Numbered from the stretch's first letter, positions 27,903 through 37,418 are shown. The stretch is DNA of 64,000 nt from Candidatus Rokubacteria bacterium 13_2_20CM_69_15_1 (GCA_001914535.1 MNCR01000052.1:3791-67790); one strand, 5' to 3'. Numbers and translations: made by a program. Notes: generated by a model from the sequence alone, not told the origin.

Positions 27903-30566
27903 GTGCTCCCGGCCGCGGTCATCGGCCTCGCGGCCAGCCTGGCGGCGACGGCCGTGGCCGTCTTCGCCGGCGCCGGCCTCACCGCGCTCGAGTGGTCGGT
28001 CTACGATCATCGTATGCGCGCGCGCGAGCCGGCGTCCGTCAGCCCCGCGCTGGTGGTCGTCGCGCGCGACCCGGCGAGCGAGGCTCGATTCGGCGCGGGT
28101 CCGTGGGACCGGGCGTTGCTCGCCCGGCTCATCACGGGCCTCTCCCGCGCTGGCGCCGCGGTCATCGGTGTCGACGTGCCCCTCGGGCAGCCGAGCCTGC
28201 CCGGTCGTGGCGGCGCCGGGAGCGACGCGTTGCTGAGCCAGGCGACCGCGCTGGCGGACAACGTCGTCTACCCGATCGCGCTCGACCCGGCCGGGGCAGC
28301 GGCGGACCCCGGCTCCCCGAGCCACGCATCCTGGCCACCGCTCTCGCAGATCTCGCTGGCGCTGCCGGCCGCGGGGTCGCGCGTCGGCCCGCTGCCCGGG
28401 CTTGCCCGACACGCCAGGGCCGTCGGCCACACGCTCGCGCCGGCCGATCCCGACGGCGTCGTACGCAGGGTTCCGCTCTTCGTCCGAGTCGACGACCGCG
28501 CGGTGCCGGCGCTCGGCCTGGCGCTGGCGATCGCGTCCGCGAGCGCGTCGGCGGATCGGATCGCGATGGATGGCCGCGGGGTGACGGTCCCCCGTTCGGG
28601 CACGATCGCCGTCGACTCGCGCGGCCGGGCGCTCGTCGGCTACGTCGCGCCGGAGCGGCTCACGGTCGTGCCATTCCTCGACATCTGGACGGCCATCGAC
28701 GCCTCGCAGGCCCAGACGCTCCGAGGCTTGGTCGAGGACAAGATCGTCCTGGTGCTCGCCGAGCCCGCGCACGGGCTCTCTCGAACGCCCATCGGCCCCA
28801 TGTCCGACATCCTGATCCAGGCGGAGCTACTCAACGCCGTGCTGGCGGGCTCGTGGCTCAGAGCCGCGCCGCTCGGGTGGGCCCTGGCGGCCACGCTCGC
28901 CGTCGCGGCGATCGCGGCGTGGCTCGGCCTGGCGCTCGCCTGGTGGAAGGGGCTGGTCGGCGTCGCGGCGCTGACGTCGGGCTATACCGCGCTTGTCCTC
29001 CTGGCGCCCGCGCTGATCGGCGTCCTGTTGCCGGTGGTCCCGCCGCTCGCAGCGGTGGTCGTGGCCTGCGCCGGAGCGCTCCTGTGGAACCAGGTCGGCT
29101 CCGCCTATCGCCTCCGGCGCCTCGAAGGCGAGGCCGAATCGATCCGCGAGGCCCTGGTGCGCCGAGAGTCCACGGTGGAGGGGCTGGAAGAAGACCTCGA
29201 GGCGGCGCGCGCCGCGGTGGCGCGATCGACCGGGGCCGAGCGCGAGCTCCTCCAGGCCGTGGACGGGCTGCGGGCCCAGCTCACCGACGCACGCGCGCTG
29301 GAGGCAGAGACACGAGGCCGGCTCACCGAGCTCGAACGCGAGCTACGCGCCGCCGACACCCGACACGTGCAGCTCGACGATCCCGCCCACGAGCGATTGC
29401 GGCGACAGTGTGCGGAGGTCTCCATCATCACCCGCGAGCCCGCGGTGCTGTCGCGCTTCCGGGATCTGGAGAAGGCCGCGCGCTCGTCCCTGCCGATCCT
29501 CATCCTCGGCGAGCCGGGAACGGGCAAGGAGCTGTTCGCACGGGCGGCCCACCGCCTGAGCTCGCGCGCCAGCGGGCCGTTCGTCGCGGTGAACATGGCC
29601 GCCATTCCGACCGAGCTGTTCGAGAGCGAGCTGTTCGGCCATGCGAAGGGGAGCTTCACGGGCGCGGTCGCCGAGCGCAAGGGGTACTTCGAGCAAGCGG
29701 ATGGCGGGACGATCTTCCTGGACGAGATCGGCGAGCTCCGAGCTCCAGACCAGAGCAAGCTGCTCCGGGTCCTTCAAGAAAAGACCTTCTACCGGGTCGG
29801 GGCAACACGGCCCACCGCGGTGGACGTTCGGGTCGTCGCCGCCAGCAACCGGGATCTCGAGCGCGGCGTCGCGGAGGGCTGGTTCCGTGAGGACCTCTAT
29901 TTCCGTCTGAAGGGCCTCGTTCTCCGGCTCCCGTCGCTGCGCGAGCGGCGCCAGGACGTGGCGCCGCTGGCGGCGCGCTTCCTCGAGGAAGCCGCAGCCG
30001 AGGCTTCCCGGCGCGTCACGCTGTCGGAGGCCGCGCTGCGCGCGCTCGAACGGCACCCCTGGCCCGGCAACGTCCGGGAGCTGCAGCACTGTCTTCGTCA
30101 GGCCGTCGCGCTCGCCGATCGAGCGGTCCTGGTCCCCGAGGACCTGCGGCTCGCCCCGGCCCCGGACGCGACGGTCGACGCGGGGAGCGACGCGGCGGTC
30201 CTCCTCTGCCTGCGCCAGCACGGATTCGATATGCAGGCGACGGCGCGGGCGCTCCAGTGGGACCGGAGCACGGTGACGCAGCGACTCAAGGGCCTGGGCT
30301 TCCGTGCGCTGGTCGAGGCCGGTGGGGATCGGCGGAAGGCCGCGCTGGAGCTGGCCGGCGACCCGGCGCTCGGCCGCGCCGTGGAGCTGAAGCTTTCCGA
30401 ATACCACGAGCACCTGCTGAGGGCCGTCGAGGGCATCGACTCCGTCGAAGCCGCGCTGGCCGCGTGCCGGCGGCGCTTCAAGAACCTGCCCGAGCGTCAC
30501 TTCCGCTCGCTCGAGTTCCTGGTCCGCCAGCGCTTCGAGGGACAACCCCCGAAAGCCCGCGTCTGA
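27903..30566 (+). CDS. Membrane-bound CHASE2-sensor sigma-54-dependent transcriptional activator (bEBP) with C-terminal Fis-type HTH
   Basis: N-terminal TM helix, periplasmic CHASE2 region, three further TM helices, coiled coil. AAA+ sigma-54 interaction domain with Walker A GEPGTGKE and GSFTGA (GAFTGA-type) loop. HTH_8 (ATARALQWDRSTVTQRLKGLG). Confidence 0.85.
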   Translation: MLPAAVIGLAASLAATAVAVFAGAGLTALEWSVYDHRMRAREPASVSPALVVVARDPASEARFGAGPWDRALLARLITGLSRAGAAVIGVDVPLGQPSLPGRGGAGSDALLSQATALADNVVYPIALDPAGAAADPGSPSHASWPPLSQISLALPAAGSRVGPLPGLARHARAVGHTLAPADPDGVVRRVPLFVRVDDRAVPALGLALAIASASASADRIAMDGRGVTVPRSGTIAVDSRGRALVGYVAPERLTVVPFLDIWTAIDASQAQTLRGLVEDKIVLVLAEPAHGLSRTPIGPMSDILIQAELLNAVLAGSWLRAAPLGWALAATLAVAAIAAWLGLALAWWKGLVGVAALTSGYTALVLLAPALIGVLLPVVPPLAAVVVACAGALLWNQVGSAYRLRRLEGEAESIREALVRRESTVEGLEEDLEAARAAVARSTGAERELLQAVDGLRAQLTDARALEAETRGRLTELERELRAADTRHVQLDDPAHERLRRQCAEVSIITREPAVLSRFRDLEKAARSSLPILILGEPGTGKELFARAAHRLSSRASGPFVAVNMAAIPTELFESELFGHAKGSFTGAVAERKGYFEQADGGTIFLDEIGELRAPDQSKLLRVLQEKTFYRVGATRPTAVDVRVVAASNRDLERGVAEGWFREDLYFRLKGLVLRLPSLRERRQDVAPLAARFLEEAAAEASRRVTLSEAALRALERHPWPGNVRELQHCLRQAVALADRAVLVPEDLRLAPAPDATVDAGSDAAVLLCLRQHGFDMQATARALQWDRSTVTQRLKGLGFRALVEAGGDRRKAALELAGDPALGRAVELKLSEYHEHLLRAVEGIDSVEAALAACRRRFKNLPERHFRSLEFLVRQRFEGQPPKARV

Positions 30567-30602
30567 CCGGGAACCTGCGTGGACGCGGGGCTCCAGAGCG
30601 GG

Positions 30603-30624
30603 GATGCGGGGCTCTCCCCGCATC
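30603..30624. promoter_or_regulatory. Perfect 9-bp-arm palindrome GATGCGGGGctctCCCCGCATC (candidate UAS for the adjacent bEBP)
   Basis: Seen in sequence. Lies about 85 bp upstream of the -24 element. Confidence 0.4.
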
Positions 30625-30686
30625 ACGCGGACCGCGTCCCGCGCCCAAGTGCCCGAGACCACTCGTCCCGTCGCGTCTAGCCGAAC

Positions 30687-30702
30687 TGGCTCGTGTGTTG
30701 CT
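30687..30702 (+). promoter_or_regulatory. Sigma-54 (-24/-12) promoter-like element TGGCTC-N5-TTGCT
   Basis: GG-N10-GC spacing is exact. One mismatch to TGGCAC-N5-TTGCW. About 30 bp upstream of the OmpA-like ATG and its GGAGG RBS. Confidence 0.5.
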
Positions 30703-30730
30703 CTCCCTCCTTTTCCAAGGAGGAACGGCC

Positions 30731-31333
30731 ATGGACAACACACAGCAGCAGGCAACCGGGACGCGAAGCGGGAAGGAGGTGGCGATGCTCGTCGGAGTGC
30801 TCCTGATGGTCGTCGCCGGAACGATCACGACATACTGGGTGAGCTCGAGGAGCACGGAGGAGACCCCGGCCAAGCCGGACGTGGTCACGCCCCTTGCCGG
30901 CGCAGCGACGAGCCCCGGCCTCGGCGTCGTCCACAGCGACGTCTACTTCGACTTCAAGAGCGCACGCCTCCGGGCCGACGCCGTCCGCGTCCTTCAGGAG
31001 ACCGTCACGCTCCTGGGCCGGGCGAGCGCCTGGGTGGTGCTCGTTCAGGGCTATGCCGACCGTCAGGGCCCGCCCGAGTACAACAGGGTTCTGGCGCTCC
31101 GGCGCGCGGAGGCCGTCAAGCAGTTTCTGGTCGAGCTCGGCGTCCCGGACGCCTCGGTCAAGGTCGTCACCATCGGGCAATACGGTGCTCTCTGTGACGA
31201 CCCGAGCAAGGAGTGCCAGCAGATCAACCGTCGGGTGCACGTCGAGATCCGGAAGCTCGCCCCCGCTGCCGCCGCGCCTATCCGGGCGACGACTGCGGAC
31301 GGCGATGCGCAGGCTACACCGGCTCGTCCGTGA
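30731..31333 (+). CDS. OmpA/MotB-family peptidoglycan-binding protein with N-terminal membrane anchor
   Basis: Single TM (VAMLVGVLLMVVAGTITTYW). OmpA_C domain (VLVQGYADRQGPPEYNRVLALRRAEAVKQFL). Confidence 0.8.
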   Translation: MDNTQQQATGTRSGKEVAMLVGVLLMVVAGTITTYWVSSRSTEETPAKPDVVTPLAGAATSPGLGVVHSDVYFDFKSARLRADAVRVLQETVTLLGRASAWVVLVQGYADRQGPPEYNRVLALRRAEAVKQFLVELGVPDASVKVVTIGQYGALCDDPSKECQQINRRVHVEIRKLAPAAAAPIRATTADGDAQATPARP

Positions 31334-32649
31334 CCGGCTGAGGAACGAGCGTCTCCGCCCGGCCCGTGTCGCGGGTCGGGCGGAGACGCGATGGCGACTA
31401 CGCGACGATCTCGATGGCCTGTGCGAACACCGCGGACGCCCCGCCGCAGGCACTCTACGTTGAAGGCCCTGAGGCGCGCCCCGTCCGCCGTGAGTGTCGC
31501 GCGGTAGTCGGTGATCGGCCGATCGGTGAAGACGACGTCGAAGACCGTGGTCTCCCCGATCACCTGCGCCGCCAGGCTGGACTTCCGGACGATGTCGGCC
31601 AGGCCGTCGCGCAGCGTCCGGCCGGTTCGGTGGAGCCTCGCGTACGCGCCGGGCTTCCGGAGCTCGGCGAGCGTGGCGAGTCCGGCGACGGCCGCGACGG
31701 GGTTGCCGTTCAGCGTGCCGACCTGCGCGACGAAATCCGGGGTGCCTTCCAGTTGCGGATCGAAGGCGCGCATGATCTCCCGCCGCCCGCAGACGGCGGC
31801 GAGCGGGAAGCCGCCGCCGATGATCTTGCCGTACGCGGCGAGATCAGGAACGACGCCGTAATACTCCTGGGCGCCGCCGTAGGCGAAGCGGAATCCGGTG
31901 ACGACCTCGTCGAAGATCAGCGGGATCCCGTGGCGCCGCGTGAGCGTGCGGAGCCCCTCGAGGAAGCCGGGCTCGGGCGGGATGAGCCGCTGGAACGGCT
32001 CGACGATGACCGCAGCCAGCGCGTCGGCGTACACCGCGACGAGCGCCTCGACGGTGGCGAGGTCGTTGTAGGGGGCGATCAGCACCTCGCCCTCGAGGAC
32101 GTGCGGGATGCCCGCCGAGTCCGCCGTGGCGGCGGGGAACGCCTTGGGCGACTTCGGCGACGCGCTCATCAGCGCATAGTCGTGGCTGCCGTGGTACCCG
32201 CCCTCGAACTTCATGACCTTCTCGCGCTTACGGTAGGCGCGCGCCGCTCGGAGCGCGAAGAAGGTCGCCTCGGTTCCGGTCGACGTGAAGCGTACCTGTT
32301 CGGCGCACGGCACCGCCCGACAGAGCTCATCGGCCAGCGCGACGACGGGCTCGTTCACGAGGAAGTAGGTGGTTCCGTGCTCGAGCTGGGCCCGCACCGC
32401 CGCCACCACCGCCGGGTGCGCGTGACCCAGGATCATCGGGCCGGAGCCCATGAGGTAGTCGATATACTCGCGCCCGCTCACGTCGTAGAGCTTGGATCCG
32501 CGACCGCGCTTGACGATGAACGCGAGATCGTCCGGGAGCCGCGCCGATCCAAGGACGCCGCCGGGCAGAGCGCGCGCCGCGGTTTCGAGAATGCGCCGTT
32601 CTTCGTCCGATCGCGCTCCGTCCATGTCGGCTCTGCCTCCCGGCGCCAT
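31063..32649 (-). CDS. Class III (GSA-aminomutase-like) aminotransferase; 3' end aberrant (possible pseudogene or frameshift)
   Basis: ATG at 32649 after a GGCGGAGG RBS. PLP-fold motifs (YLMGSGPMILGHAHP, DEVVTGFRFAYGGAQ). The canonical roughly 40-aa C-terminus after ...AFNVECLRRGV is absent. The frame reads through the hairpin into the convergent OmpA-like gene. The biologically meaningful end is probably near 31400-31440. Confidence 0.6.
   Translation of the reverse strand: MAPGGRADMDGARSDEERRILETAARALPGGVLGSARLPDDLAFIVKRGRGSKLYDVSGREYIDYLMGSGPMILGHAHPAVVAAVRAQLEHGTTYFLVNEPVVALADELCRAVPCAEQVRFTSTGTEATFFALRAARAYRKREKVMKFEGGYHGSHDYALMSASPKSPKAFPAATADSAGIPHVLEGEVLIAPYNDLATVEALVAVYADALAAVIVEPFQRLIPPEPGFLEGLRTLTRRHGIPLIFDEVVTGFRFAYGGAQEYYGVVPDLAAYGKIIGGGFPLAAVCGRREIMRAFDPQLEGTPDFVAQVGTLNGNPVAAVAGLATLAELRKPGAYARLHRTGRTLRDGLADIVRKSSLAAQVIGETTVFDVVFTDRPITDYRATLTADGARLRAFNVECLRRGVRGVRTGHRDRRVVAIASPPDPRHGPGGDARSSAGHGRAGVACASPSAVVARIGAAAAGASFRISTCTRRLICWHSLLGSSQRAPYCPMVTTLTEASGTPSSTRNCLTASARRSARTLLYSGGP
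31351..31387. terminator. GC-rich hairpin with 16-bp stem (one mismatch) and no U-tract, between convergent genes
   Basis: gtctccgcccggcccg-tgtcg-cgggtcgggcggagac. Begins 18 nt after the OmpA-like stop. Confidence 0.45.
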
Positions 32650-33319
32650 CACGCGCCTCCGCCTGTGTCGTGCCGTGGCGCAAGCGTACAAGGTTTTGGG
32701 CGACTCCACGAGCCCGAGGACGCGGTTCTTGAACCTCCGGATCGGGCCACCTACACTGTGGCCACTCGCGAAACCGGTGGTGGCCTCGGGGAGAGCGAGA
32801 CCGATGAGAGAGCTCGTCTTCGCCCTGGAGTTCAGAGGAAGCGCCGGGCCGCTCCCCGGCGCCGAGGGCAGGCGCCGAGCGAGAACGTGGGCCTCTAGCC
32901 AGGTGTTCCGCACCGTATTCCGCGGGGGTGAGGTCCGGGCGTCGGTCGAGCTCGAGGGTGACGGCGTCGCCGTTCTCGAGTCGGAGGTTCAGGTGACCGG
33001 GAAGGGCACGTTCGTCGAGTCGGGCACGATCAGTTACGGCGACGCCGGTCGGGTCACGTTTCGAACGGTCGGGCAGGGAGTGACCGGCCCGAGCGCGATC
33101 GCGGGGCTCCGGCACGGCGCCGTGATCTGGGAAGTCACCCAAGGGGAGGGCCGCCTCGCAGGGGCTCGGGGATTCATCACCTCGAATTTCACGGTCGGGC
33201 CCGACGGGCAGGTGACCGACAACCATTTCGTCCGACTCTTCCTGCCTTGACAGTCCAATCCCTCAGGACGGGATGGCGCGGACGAAGCCCGCGCTCGAAC
33301 GGTGGCCCCTCCAGCGCGC

Positions 33320-35029
33320 TTACTTCGGCGGGACGATCGGCAGCAGGACGTGCGACTGCCGCCTGGGACCGGCGTGAAGCGTCACCTGCTTACCGAAGAT
33401 CTCAGAGGGCCTGTCCCGGGGGTCGTCGTGGAGGAATGGCCCGCAGCCGGTGAAGACTCTCCCGTTCGCCATCGCCACTGGCCCGCCCGGGTACTCGTAA
33501 TCCCGCCCCCGCACGGTCAGCCCGACCCGGTAACCGGCGGGCACCACGATGCAGGTCGGCCAGACCTCGACGTCCAGCTCGTAGACCTGCCCGGGGGTGA
33601 GCGGCTGCGGCTCGTCGTGGGTGTGATACGGGCGGTACGGCAGCGTCAGCTTGGGGTCGAGTTTTCGGTGCGAGGCCCGGAGCCACCCTTGCGCGATCGG
33701 AGTGTGGGGATCGAGCGCGCCCTGGAAGGTGACCTCTTTCATATCCGGAGAGAACACGCGGACCACCAGGAAGAGATCGGCGTCCGTGGTCTCGGACGCG
33801 ACGAAGAGCTTGGCCGCGATCGGGCCCGTGATCTCGGTCTCCCCCTCGAGCGGTGGCGTGAGGAACGTGAGGCCATCGCCGAAGCCCGTGTAGCTCGCGC
33901 GGCTGTCGCGGGCGAGCGGCTCTGGGACGAGGCTCCCGTCCATGGGGTCCAGATAGAACCGGGTCCACCGCGTGCGAGCGAGCGGCCATTCGTTCTCGTG
34001 ACGCTCGACGAATCGCTCATGGGGGTGGCGCACCTGGAGCGCGACCGTGGGCCGACGCTGCCACCCGGTGTCCTCACCTTTGAGGAAATGGCCGAAGAAT
34101 TTCTTCTGGAGGCCCACGCCGTAGTCCGTGTAGAAGTGCGTCCAGTGCTCGATGCCGTGCACCTCGAGCCACTTCTGCTCCGACGCCGCGCGCACGAACC
34201 CTTCGAAGTTGCCGCGGGGGTGCAAGCCCTGCCCGCCCCAGTTGGCCGCCGAGAGCAGCGGGACTCTCACCTTCGACCAGTCCGGCATGCGCGAGCGCCA
34301 GTACGCATCGGTGGCGAGCGGATTCTTCCAGCAGTCCGCGTAGAAATCGCTCCGGCCGGCGCCGAGCTCTTCCTCGGTGAGCGTCGGCGGCCCGGACACC
34401 CAGTCGCCGTTCATCCGGCTGCGGTAGCCGCGGGCGCCGCGGCCGTGCTGCACCGCGACGACCTGCCTGGGGAACCAGGACCGGCCGAATGCGGACAGGA
34501 TGCCGCCGTGGTGCGCCAGGTCGCGGTAGTAGTCGGCCGCCCCCTCCCAGACGCAGATCGCGGCCAGGTGCGGCGGCTCCCGGCTCGCCACTTGCCACTG
34601 GTTCATGGCGTAGTAGGAGATGCCGCAGAGACCGATCCTGCCGTTGCTCCAGGGCTGCATCGCCGCCCACTCGATGCAATCGTAGAAGTCCTTCGTCTCA
34701 CGGGCCGACCAGACGTCGAGGACGCCGGGCGAGCGGCCGGCCCCCCGGGAGTCGACGCGGATGCAGACGTAGCCGTCCGGCACCCACTTCTCGGGGTCGA
34801 CCACTTCCCAGCTCTGGTACGTGTTGGTGGAGCCCGCGGGCACGTCCGGGTGCTTGTCGACCATGGTCCGCCACTGCTCGGTATAGAGGTCCTCGAAGTG
34901 CAGCCACTTGCCGTAGGGACCGTAGGTCAGAATGACCGGGTGCTTGCCTTCCAGGGGCGGCCGATAGACGTCGGCGCGAAGGACGAGTCCGTCGTCCATC
35001 GTGATCGGCACGTCCCAGTCGATGCGCAT
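33320..35029 (-). CDS. CocE/NonD-family (X-Pro dipeptidyl-peptidase S15) hydrolase
   Basis: ATG at 35029, MRIDWDVP.... Nucleophile elbow GLCGISYYA. Confidence 0.85.
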   Translation of the reverse strand: MRIDWDVPITMDDGLVLRADVYRPPLEGKHPVILTYGPYGKWLHFEDLYTEQWRTMVDKHPDVPAGSTNTYQSWEVVDPEKWVPDGYVCIRVDSRGAGRSPGVLDVWSARETKDFYDCIEWAAMQPWSNGRIGLCGISYYAMNQWQVASREPPHLAAICVWEGAADYYRDLAHHGGILSAFGRSWFPRQVVAVQHGRGARGYRSRMNGDWVSGPPTLTEEELGAGRSDFYADCWKNPLATDAYWRSRMPDWSKVRVPLLSAANWGGQGLHPRGNFEGFVRAASEQKWLEVHGIEHWTHFYTDYGVGLQKKFFGHFLKGEDTGWQRRPTVALQVRHPHERFVERHENEWPLARTRWTRFYLDPMDGSLVPEPLARDSRASYTGFGDGLTFLTPPLEGETEITGPIAAKLFVASETTDADLFLVVRVFSPDMKEVTFQGALDPHTPIAQGWLRASHRKLDPKLTLPYRPYHTHDEPQPLTPGQVYELDVEVWPTCIVVPAGYRVGLTVRGRDYEYPGGPVAMANGRVFTGCGPFLHDDPRDRPSEIFGKQVTLHAGPRRQSHVLLPIVPPK

Positions 35030-35033
35030 CCCG

Positions 35034-35813
35034 TCACTCCCGGTAGTCGAGCCCTGCCTCGGCGAACCGCGTCTTGAAGGATGGTCGCGACAGGAACGCG
35101 ACGAACGCCCGCGCCGCATCGGCCACGGCGCTCCGGGCCGCGAGGCCGGCCGAGTAGGTGGTGATCTTCTGCAAGTCCTTCGGCAGCGGGCCCACGAGCG
35201 TCACGCCCTTGACGGGGATGATTTCGCTGATCTGGTGCGCCACGAGCTCGGCCTCGCCTTTCGCCACCAGCTCGGCCGGGTAGCCGCCGGCCACGAGCCT
35301 GGTCTTTCCCTTCACGGCCTCGGCGATGCCGAGGCGCTGCAGCACGCCGGCGAAGTGGACGCCGCTCGTCGCGCCCTGCGCGGGGTCCACGTAGGTGAGG
35401 GACTTTGCTGACAACAGGGTCTGCCTGAACGCCTCCGGCGTGGAGATGTCGGGCACGGGCGCACCCTCGCGCACCGCGACGCCCATCGCGGTTCGGGCGA
35501 TGTCGGTCCGGGTCCCAGTGGCCACGGCGCCCTGGCGGGCCAGGTCGTCGATGGCGACATCGGTGAGGATGAGCACGTCCGCCGGCTCGCCCGCCGCCAG
35601 CTTCTGGCGCAGGGCGCCGACGGTCCCGAACGTCAGGGTCACCGTGTGCCCCGTCTCCCGACGGAAGGCCTCGGCCAGGTCGCTCACTACCGAGCGCACC
35701 GCGCCCGCGCTCAGCACCTTGATCTCGATCGCCTCGGCGCGGTCGGGGGCCCACGTGGCCGCGGCCACCAGGACAATAGAGAGCCACACCCCCGTCCTCG
35801 CCTCGCTCATCAC
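35034..35813 (-). CDS. Periplasmic solute-binding protein (ModA/PBP-like)
   Basis: Signal peptide. PBP type-2 fold features. No cognate permease or ATPase adjacent. Confidence 0.55.
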   Translation of the reverse strand: MMSEARTGVWLSIVLVAAATWAPDRAEAIEIKVLSAGAVRSVVSDLAEAFRRETGHTVTLTFGTVGALRQKLAAGEPADVLILTDVAIDDLARQGAVATGTRTDIARTAMGVAVREGAPVPDISTPEAFRQTLLSAKSLTYVDPAQGATSGVHFAGVLQRLGIAEAVKGKTRLVAGGYPAELVAKGEAELVAHQISEIIPVKGVTLVGPLPKDLQKITTYSAGLAARSAVADAARAFVAFLSRPSFKTRFAEAGLDYRE

Positions 35814-35984
35814 CGAACCTCCTCGGGACCGCCGTCGCGGCCGCGTCAGATCTCCTCGCCCAGAATGACGCCGATGTCAAGGGGTGTCGACGCACCTCGC
35901 GTGCGGGACGCCGTGCGAAAGCACTTGACGGCAGATGCCTTCGGGTCTATTCACAGCCCGACCCCTGCTGCCAAGGAGATCCGC

Positions 35985-36749
35985 TTGCGGTTTCGTGAGA
36001 AGGTCGCGCTGATCACGGCGGCGGCCAGCGGCATCGGCCGCGCGACGGCCGATATCGTCGGGCGTGAGGGGGGTCTCGTGATCGGCGTGGACACGGACCC
36101 GACGCGTCTCCACGCGGTCGTGGACGGCGTGCGTCGTAGCGGCGGGCGGGCCGAGGCGTGCACGGCGGATGGCCTCGATCCGCTTCAGGTGAGCGCGGTG
36201 GTCGACAGCGTCGTGCGCGCGCACAGTCGCATCGACATCCTCGTCAACGCCGTCGGTGGGAGCACCATCATTCCCCGACCCGCAGCCACCGTGGACGAGC
36301 TGACGCTCGAGGAGTGGCGGCGCCTGATCACCTTCAACCTGGAGGCGACCTTCCTCTTCTGCCACACCGTGGCCCCGGTCATGAAGCGACAGCGCTCGGG
36401 CAAGATCGTCAACATCTCGTCCGTCGCGGGGCGCGGCCTCAGTGAGACCAGCAGCAGCGCGTACGCCGCCGCCAAGGGCGGGATCATCGCCTTCACGCGC
36501 AAGCTCGCGCACGAGCTGGGCCCCTTCGGGGTCACGGTGAATGCCATCGCGCCGAGCCTCACGCTCACCGAGCGCATCCGCCCACACTGGGAGCGGCGAA
36601 CCCCGGAGGCGCAGGCCGCCGAGATCGCCCGCACGCCGCTCAAGCGCGTGGCCGAGGCGGAGGATCAAGCCCGGGTGATCTGCTTCCTGGCTTCCCGCGA
36701 CGCGGACTTCGTCACGGGCGTGACGATCGACGTGACCGGAGGCGTCTAA
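35985..36749 (+). CDS. SDR-family oxidoreductase (FabG-like)
   Basis: TTG start 6 nt after AAGGAG. Cofactor motif TAAASGIG. NAVG, and the YAAAK catalytic tetrad region. Confidence 0.85.
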   Translation: MRFREKVALITAAASGIGRATADIVGREGGLVIGVDTDPTRLHAVVDGVRRSGGRAEACTADGLDPLQVSAVVDSVVRAHSRIDILVNAVGGSTIIPRPAATVDELTLEEWRRLITFNLEATFLFCHTVAPVMKRQRSGKIVNISSVAGRGLSETSSSAYAAAKGGIIAFTRKLAHELGPFGVTVNAIAPSLTLTERIRPHWERRTPEAQAAEIARTPLKRVAEAEDQARVICFLASRDADFVTGVTIDVTGGV

Positions 36750-36775
36750 ACTCACACCGCCGAAAGGAGTCGAAC

Positions 36776-37393
36776 ATGATCTACGAGATCCGCACCTACC
36801 GCATCGCTCCCGGCAGCTTGGCCGAAGTCGAGAAGCGCTACGGCGAGGCCTACGAGTACCGGAAGAAGCACTCCGCGCTGACCGCCTTCTTGCACACGGA
36901 GATCGGGCCGCTCAACGAGATCGTCCACATCTGGGGGTACCGGGACCTGGCCGAGCGCGCGCGCATCCGTGGCGAGGCGGCGAAGGACGCGAACTGGCCG
37001 CCCAAGATCCGGGAGTTCGTCCGCGCGATGCGCTCGGAGATCGTCGTGCCGTTCACGTTCGTGCCCGAGGTTCGTCCCGGGAAGGTCGGGCCGATCTTCG
37101 AGCTGCGCTACTACACGCTCAAGCCCGGCACGCTGCCCGACGTGGCGACGGGCTGGGAGGCGAAGCTCCCCGAGCGCATGAAGCTCTCGCCCGTCGTGCT
37201 CGCCGGGGGCGTCGAATTCGGCACGGCCAACGGCTTCGTGCATATCTGGGCGTACTCGAGCCTCGATGCGCGCGCGAAGGTGCGGGACGAGGCGAGGCAG
37301 AAGGGCGTCTGGCCGCCGCCGGGCGGATCCGACCGGCTGCTGACGCAGGAGAACAAGATTCTCCTGCCCTCCGCCTTCTCGCCGCTGCAGTAG
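36776..37393 (+). CDS. NIPSNAP-family protein (tandem domains)
   Basis: Two repeats of the NIPSNAP-like motif (IYEIRTYRIAPG...VHIWGY and FELRYYTLKPG...VHIWAY). Confidence 0.75.
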   Translation: MIYEIRTYRIAPGSLAEVEKRYGEAYEYRKKHSALTAFLHTEIGPLNEIVHIWGYRDLAERARIRGEAAKDANWPPKIREFVRAMRSEIVVPFTFVPEVRPGKVGPIFELRYYTLKPGTLPDVATGWEAKLPERMKLSPVVLAGGVEFGTANGFVHIWAYSSLDARAKVRDEARQKGVWPPPGGSDRLLTQENKILLPSAFSPLQ

Positions 37394-37418
37394 TATCCGG
37401 AGAGACGCCTGGAGGGCG

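Noticed and set aside
31366-31400. Alternative short C-terminus ..ASAVFAQAIEIVA* for the aminotransferase in the +1 frame
   Set aside because: That frame contains a TAG stop only a few codons upstream, so it cannot be joined to the conserved part of the protein without invoking two frameshifts.
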